From: Candidatus Falkowbacteria bacterium
Lineage (GTDB): Bacteria > Patescibacteriota > Patescibacteriia > CAIXNZ01
NCBI GenBank assembly: GCA_963774955.1
Contig: CAVZGV010000004.1
Location: 67,522-131,521 of the forward strand
Length of the DNA stretch: 64,000 bases
Direction of reading: 5' to 3'
A program made the translations under genes and the position numbers. Below are positions 59,448 to 64,000 of this stretch, piece by piece; position 1 is the stretch's first letter; every line of letters starts with the position of its first letter. The notes beneath the pieces were generated by a model, which was not told the DNA's origin, did not search any database, and saw only the letters and a list, made by a program, of their open reading frames with translations.

Positions 59448-59662
59448 GACATTTTGGGCAGTGAGCGCAATTCAAATCAATTTATTTTTATGGAGATAAT
59501 TACCGCAAATAATTAATTCATTTGGCTACGCCCAAATTTTATCTTTTTTGGGCTATCTGCATACCCCATTGCGTTATTCTAACAAACGTGATATTATTAG
59601 AATAAGATGGTTAATTATTCTAACCGTTAGAACAACAAACCCCCTTATTCTAATCAGTAAAT

Positions 59663-60763
59663 ATGCCAATAAAACCCTATATTTTGCCTAAATTACCAGT
59701 AAAAATTGATTACGACCAACTTATCGGGAAGATTATCAAAGCGCACAGGGCTATTGCTAGCCTTGATTCTTTGCTTGGCGCCCTGCCCAACCCTGCCTTG
59801 CTTGGCAGAACCATGCAAACCAAAGAAGCGGTTGAGAGTTCCAAAATAGAAGGCACCCAGGCTACTATCAATGAGGTCCTGGAATATGAAGCAGTAGGAG
59901 TAAAAAAAGAGGCTACAATAAACCAAAAAGATATTAATGAGGTAATAAATTACCGTCAAGCTTTGGATTTGGGAGTAAAGAGCCTGGAAACATTGCCACT
60001 TTCTGAAAATCTAATCAAAAAACTACATGCTACTTTGCTCAAATCAGGCCGTGGAGCCAATAAAGCTCCCGGTGAATTTAGGAAAGTTCAAGTTTATATC
60101 GGCAAGCCTGGAGCTAGCATTGCTGATGCATCGTATGTCCCACCTGCTGCCAATGAAATAATTCCTTTGTTTAGCAACCTGGAAAAATATTTAAATTCCA
60201 ATGAAGAAAAAGATAAATTGGTGCAAATAGCCATCGCTCATTATCAGTTTGAAGCGATTCATCCATTTCTTGACGGAAACGGTCGAGTGGGCAGATTAGT
60301 AATCTCGCTATTTTTATATGAAAAAAAATTATTATCTCATCCTTTTTTATATTTGAGTGAATTTTTCGAAGAACATCGCCAATATTATTATGAATTATTA
60401 CGTGGCGTAAGCGAAAAACAAGACTGGATAAGTTGGATCCAATTTTTTCTCGAAGCTTTGGCTACCCAAGCCCAAAAAGCCGAATTAACAGGTAAAGAAA
60501 TTCTTAAACTTCATGCCGGCTATAAAGAAAAAATTACAGAAATTAAATCAATTTACGCTATCAACTTATTAGATGCCATTTTTGTTCGCCCAATTTTTAC
60601 CACTGCCAGCTTGCGGAAATACGTTAAAATGAAAAACACCCAGACATTCTTCAGCCTGATTGCCAAATTTGTTGATGTAGGAATTCTGAAAGAAGCCAAT
60701 CCCGAAAAAAAACGCAATAAAATTTACGTTTTTCCTGAATTGATAAAATTGTTAAACAAGTAA
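59663..60763 (+). CDS. Fic/DOC family protein
   Basis: KEAVESSKIEGT, PGEFR, HYQFEAIHPFLDGNGRVGR. Confidence 0.93.
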   Translation: MPIKPYILPKLPVKIDYDQLIGKIIKAHRAIASLDSLLGALPNPALLGRTMQTKEAVESSKIEGTQATINEVLEYEAVGVKKEATINQKDINEVINYRQALDLGVKSLETLPLSENLIKKLHATLLKSGRGANKAPGEFRKVQVYIGKPGASIADASYVPPAANEIIPLFSNLEKYLNSNEEKDKLVQIAIAHYQFEAIHPFLDGNGRVGRLVISLFLYEKKLLSHPFLYLSEFFEEHRQYYYELLRGVSEKQDWISWIQFFLEALATQAQKAELTGKEILKLHAGYKEKITEIKSIYAINLLDAIFVRPIFTTASLRKYVKMKNTQTFFSLIAKFVDVGILKEANPEKKRNKIYVFPELIKLLNK

Positions 60764-60848
60764 CGTGGCTCTTAAGACAGTCACGGGGTTTATTAGCCGA
60801 AGTATTATCCTTTATCTCGGGAGGTGAAGAACTTTTTAAAACTATACA

Positions 60849-61409
60849 ATGAAAATTAATAAAATATTTTTCTTAACCGGCGTCAATGGGGTAGGCAAAT
60901 CCACCATAATTCTTCATTTGAAGTCTATTCTGCCTGAGAATAAATTTGTGATTTATGATTTTGACGCGCGAGGCGTTCCGGCAAATGCTGACCGCGCGTG
61001 GAGAATTTCCGAAACTAAGCATTGGCTTAGTCAAGGCAATCTGAATTCAAAAAATGGAAAAAGCACGATCATTTGCGGCTTTATTAAACCAAGCGATCTT
61101 GGGACTTACAATTTAATTAATCGTGAATCATCCGAAATCATGCTAATTCTGTTATCTGCCAAACCGGAAATAATCCGCCAACGGCTAATAACCAGATACA
61201 CCGTAAACGGAGTTTTTGACGAATCGCAAATGGTAATAGGCAAAACAATTGACGAATTCATTGAAGGCAATGTTTGGTTCTCAGAACAAATAAAGAAAGA
61301 ATTCGCGAACAATAACTTGCCGATAATTGATACTTCCGATTTAACACCACCGGAGGTAGCGCAAGAATCTGCGAAAATTATTATAGAAAAATCTGCTAAA
61401 AAAAATTAA
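60849..61409 (+). CDS. P-loop nucleotide/small-molecule kinase-like protein
   Basis: LTGVNGVGKST, DFD, R.RL..R, IDTS.LTP.EV. Confidence 0.8.
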   Translation: MKINKIFFLTGVNGVGKSTIILHLKSILPENKFVIYDFDARGVPANADRAWRISETKHWLSQGNLNSKNGKSTIICGFIKPSDLGTYNLINRESSEIMLILLSAKPEIIRQRLITRYTVNGVFDESQMVIGKTIDEFIEGNVWFSEQIKKEFANNNLPIIDTSDLTPPEVAQESAKIIIEKSAKKN

Positions 61410-61416
61410 TTTTTCA

Positions 61417-62086
61417 ATGAAACCTAAATATTTTCAATTCAACTGCCGGGAAACAAAAAACTTGATTTGCGTCAGGCTAATGCAGTTTTAAAATATAAAC
61501 CTGACATAATAATTTTAGAATATCCCAATAACAATAAAACTCCAAATATGGAGTTAAATAACTATGCCGCGCTGAAAAAGCCTCAAAAACTGGTGGAAGA
61601 TAGACTGAAAAAATTACCTAGTAGCATTCTTAAAATTCATCCCTGGGCCAAAGCAGATACTGTAATGTGGCAAAATATAGTAAACTTATGGGGAAAAGGG
61701 CATCAAGTTTTAATCTACAAAGTTGACGCGCCCAGTGAACTGACCAAAGAATTGCTATTCAAATGGCCAGCACCTTATCCGAAAATAATGAGAGACTGGC
61801 GCTGGTGGGTGCAAATCTATTTGCGCGAAAGAATAATGACCGATAATATTAAATGGATATTTAAAAATTACAAAGTTAAAAAAAACCGACTACGCTCATC
61901 TTTTTACAAAGTTTTCACTGGAATCATATAAAATTTTTGCTTAAAAATCCGAGCAAGGCCCAAATCTGGAAGTATTATTTTGGAAAATTTCCAGAAGTCA
62001 ACCGATCCAATATAGCTTTAAAAATAAGAAATTTTAACAAGGTCTTTTATAAATACTGGAGAAAATACTCCGATTTTAATTCTTAA
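61417..62086 (+). pseudogene. Hypothetical protein split by two -1 frameshifts
   Basis: Frames join at A_AAA_AAC 61455-61461 and A_AAA_AAC 61880-61886, giving a continuous ~223-aa product. Confidence 0.6.
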
Positions 62087-62095
62087 TATGAAAAA

Positions 62096-62566
62096 ATGAA
62101 AAAAACATTTTTAATTTTCAGCGCCTGTTTTGTTTTGATTTTATCAGGCTGTCAAAATATTTCCGTTAACAGCCTTGAAAACAACAAAAACACCAATAAT
62201 GAACCGGCTGCAGGCCTGGCTAATCCGGCTTCTGCCAATTGTATTGCCAAAGGAGGCAAATTGGAAATGAGAAAAAACAAACTGGGAGAATACGGAGTCT
62301 GCTTATTTGAAGACAATCGCCAGTGTGAAGAATGGGCGCTTTTCCGCGGTCAATGTCCTGAAGGCGGAGTAAAAATTACCGACAATGCAAATGCTGCGGA
62401 AGTTTATTGCGTTATCACCGGCGGACAGGTTGTCAGTTTGGAAAAAGATACCCTTTTATGTAAGAGAATTGACGGTACATTATGCACTATCCAGGCAAAT
62501 TTTGACGGCGAATGCCCTGACCCCAATGATCCAAATCCAAACGCAGGTAATGTGGAAGCTCAATAA
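62096..62566 (+). CDS. DUF333 (putative hemolysin-like) lipoprotein
   Basis: Lipobox LSGC; LANPASANC..KGG...GVC.F....CEEWALFRG.C. Confidence 0.85.
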   Translation: MKKTFLIFSACFVLILSGCQNISVNSLENNKNTNNEPAAGLANPASANCIAKGGKLEMRKNKLGEYGVCLFEDNRQCEEWALFRGQCPEGGVKITDNANAAEVYCVITGGQVVSLEKDTLLCKRIDGTLCTIQANFDGECPDPNDPNPNAGNVEAQ

Positions 62567-62590
62567 AAAGGCCTAATTACCTTAATTTTT

Positions 62591-63835
62591 ATGGAGATAA
62601 TTAACGTAAATAATTTAAGCAAAAAATATTTTGACTATTTAGAGCTGGAACATATTGATGTTGTCAGTCAGATTTTAAGTGAAGTTAAAAAAGACGGGGA
62701 TAAGGCTATTCAAAAATATACCAAAAAATTTGATAATTTGGCTTTAAAAGACTTTAAACTTTCCAAAGAACAAATTAAAAATGCCTACAAGCAAGTTAAT
62801 CCGAGGGATATCCAAATGCTTAAAAAGGCTGCCGCCAACATTAAATCTTTTGCCAGAAAACAGCTGGAAACTTTTAAGAATTTTGAAATTACCAAAAACG
62901 GGGTCACCTTGGGACAAACCATCGTGCCTATAGAAAAAGTAGGGTGTTATGTTCCTGGAGGAAGATATCCATTACCATCCTCTGCTTTAATGACTGTTAT
63001 TCCCGCCAAAGTAGCGGAGGTAAAGGAAATAATTGTCTGTTCACCGAAAATACACCCTTTAACGATTGTGGCTGCTGATCTGGCTGGTGCCCACAAAATC
63101 TTTAACATCGGCGGGGTTCAGGCTATTGGCGCTCTGGCTTATGGAACAAAATCAGTGCCCACAGTCAATAAAATTGTAGGGCCTGGAAATAAATATATTG
63201 CTGCAGCAAAAAAACAAGTCTACGGAATTGTTGGCATAGATTTTATTGCTGGGCCGAGCGAAGTTCTCATAATCGCTGATGAATCGGGGAATCCCGCCTT
63301 TATCGCCGCTGATTTATTGGCGCAAGCTGAGCACGATCCTCAGGCCAGATGTGATTTATTGACCACATCAAAAAAAATCGCTCAAGAAGTAAATCAAGAA
63401 ATAGAAATTCAACTTGCTAAGTTATCAACCAAAGAAACTGCCAAAATTGCCTTGAAGAATGGTAAAATTGTTATCATTAAAACCTTGGCTCAGGCCGTTG
63501 AAATTTCCAATAAACGAGCGCCGGAGCATTTAGAATTACAAATTAAAAACCCCAAAGCTCTGATGCCTAAACTGATTAATTATGGCTCGTTATTTATTGG
63601 AAATTATTCTGCCGAAGTCTTTGGAGACTATTGCAGCGGCACTAATCACACCTTACCGACAAATGGCGCTTCTCATTATACTGGCGGATTATCTGTCAAA
63701 GAATATATTAAAATTTTAACCTACCAAAAAATGAACAGAAAAAGTTGTATTAATTTAGGGAAAATTGCTTCCAGGCTAGCAGATCTTGAGGGACTAAAAG
63801 CTCATAAAAATGCTGCAGATATCAGATTAAAATAA
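62591..63835 (+). CDS. hisD: Histidinol dehydrogenase
   Basis: [55 protein letters not shown]. Confidence 0.95.
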   Translation: MEIINVNNLSKKYFDYLELEHIDVVSQILSEVKKDGDKAIQKYTKKFDNLALKDFKLSKEQIKNAYKQVNPRDIQMLKKAAANIKSFARKQLETFKNFEITKNGVTLGQTIVPIEKVGCYVPGGRYPLPSSALMTVIPAKVAEVKEIIVCSPKIHPLTIVAADLAGAHKIFNIGGVQAIGALAYGTKSVPTVNKIVGPGNKYIAAAKKQVYGIVGIDFIAGPSEVLIIADESGNPAFIAADLLAQAEHDPQARCDLLTTSKKIAQEVNQEIEIQLAKLSTKETAKIALKNGKIVIIKTLAQAVEISNKRAPEHLELQIKNPKALMPKLINYGSLFIGNYSAEVFGDYCSGTNHTLPTNGASHYTGGLSVKEYIKILTYQKMNRKSCINLGKIASRLADLEGLKAHKNAADIRLK

Positions 63836-63841
63836 TAATTT

Positions 63842-64000
63842 ATGGATTTTATAAACTTTCCGTCTCAATATAAAAACGCCGTCTTAAATCAAACAAAAAA
63901 TACTACTATACGCGTAAAAAATGAAATAGGGAAGTACAAGACAGGGCATACATATGTAGCGCAATCTTATGCCGGCACTGATTGGGGCCAAAAAATTAAA
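63842..64000 (+). CDS. ASCH-like protein, 3'-truncated
   Basis: F...Y..AVL..TKNTTIR. Confidence 0.5.
   Translation, partial: MDFINFPSQYKNAVLNQTKNTTIRVKNEIGKYKTGHTYVAQSYAGTDWGQKIK

Overview
AT-rich bacterial chromosome segment. The gene content (PilB/GspE ATPase, 3D-domain proteins, TrmB, rmuC, holA, many small orphan genes) and REP-riddled intergenic DNA suggest a Patescibacteria/CPR genome; this is inference only. Housekeeping genes are tsaE, tsaD, polA, holA, rpsT, rmuC, ychF and hisD, plus tRNA-Glu, -Cys, -Arg, -Ala and a parS site. Four accessory layers stand out. (1) A ~21 kb NrtR-linked NAD+/ADP-ribose salvage island (9.4-30.9 kb) with an embedded vWA-PP2C-kinase (TerY-P-like) triad, a plant-type class II PRPP synthase and repeated hairpin/boxA-like/SD spacers. 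(2) An integron-like locus (52.8-59.5 kb). Its tyrosine recombinase lacks the IntI-specific insertion but faces a row of cassettes separated by attC-like hairpins of non-canonical geometry, and cassette genes are bracketed by long inverted repeats. (3) Intact tRNAs nested inside, or trailed by, broken copies of themselves that carry REP-like hairpins, with a RAYT and a GIY-YIG gene nearby. (4) A candidate ~150-nt ncRNA and several frameshifted genes. All calls are by eye from motifs; no database search was run.
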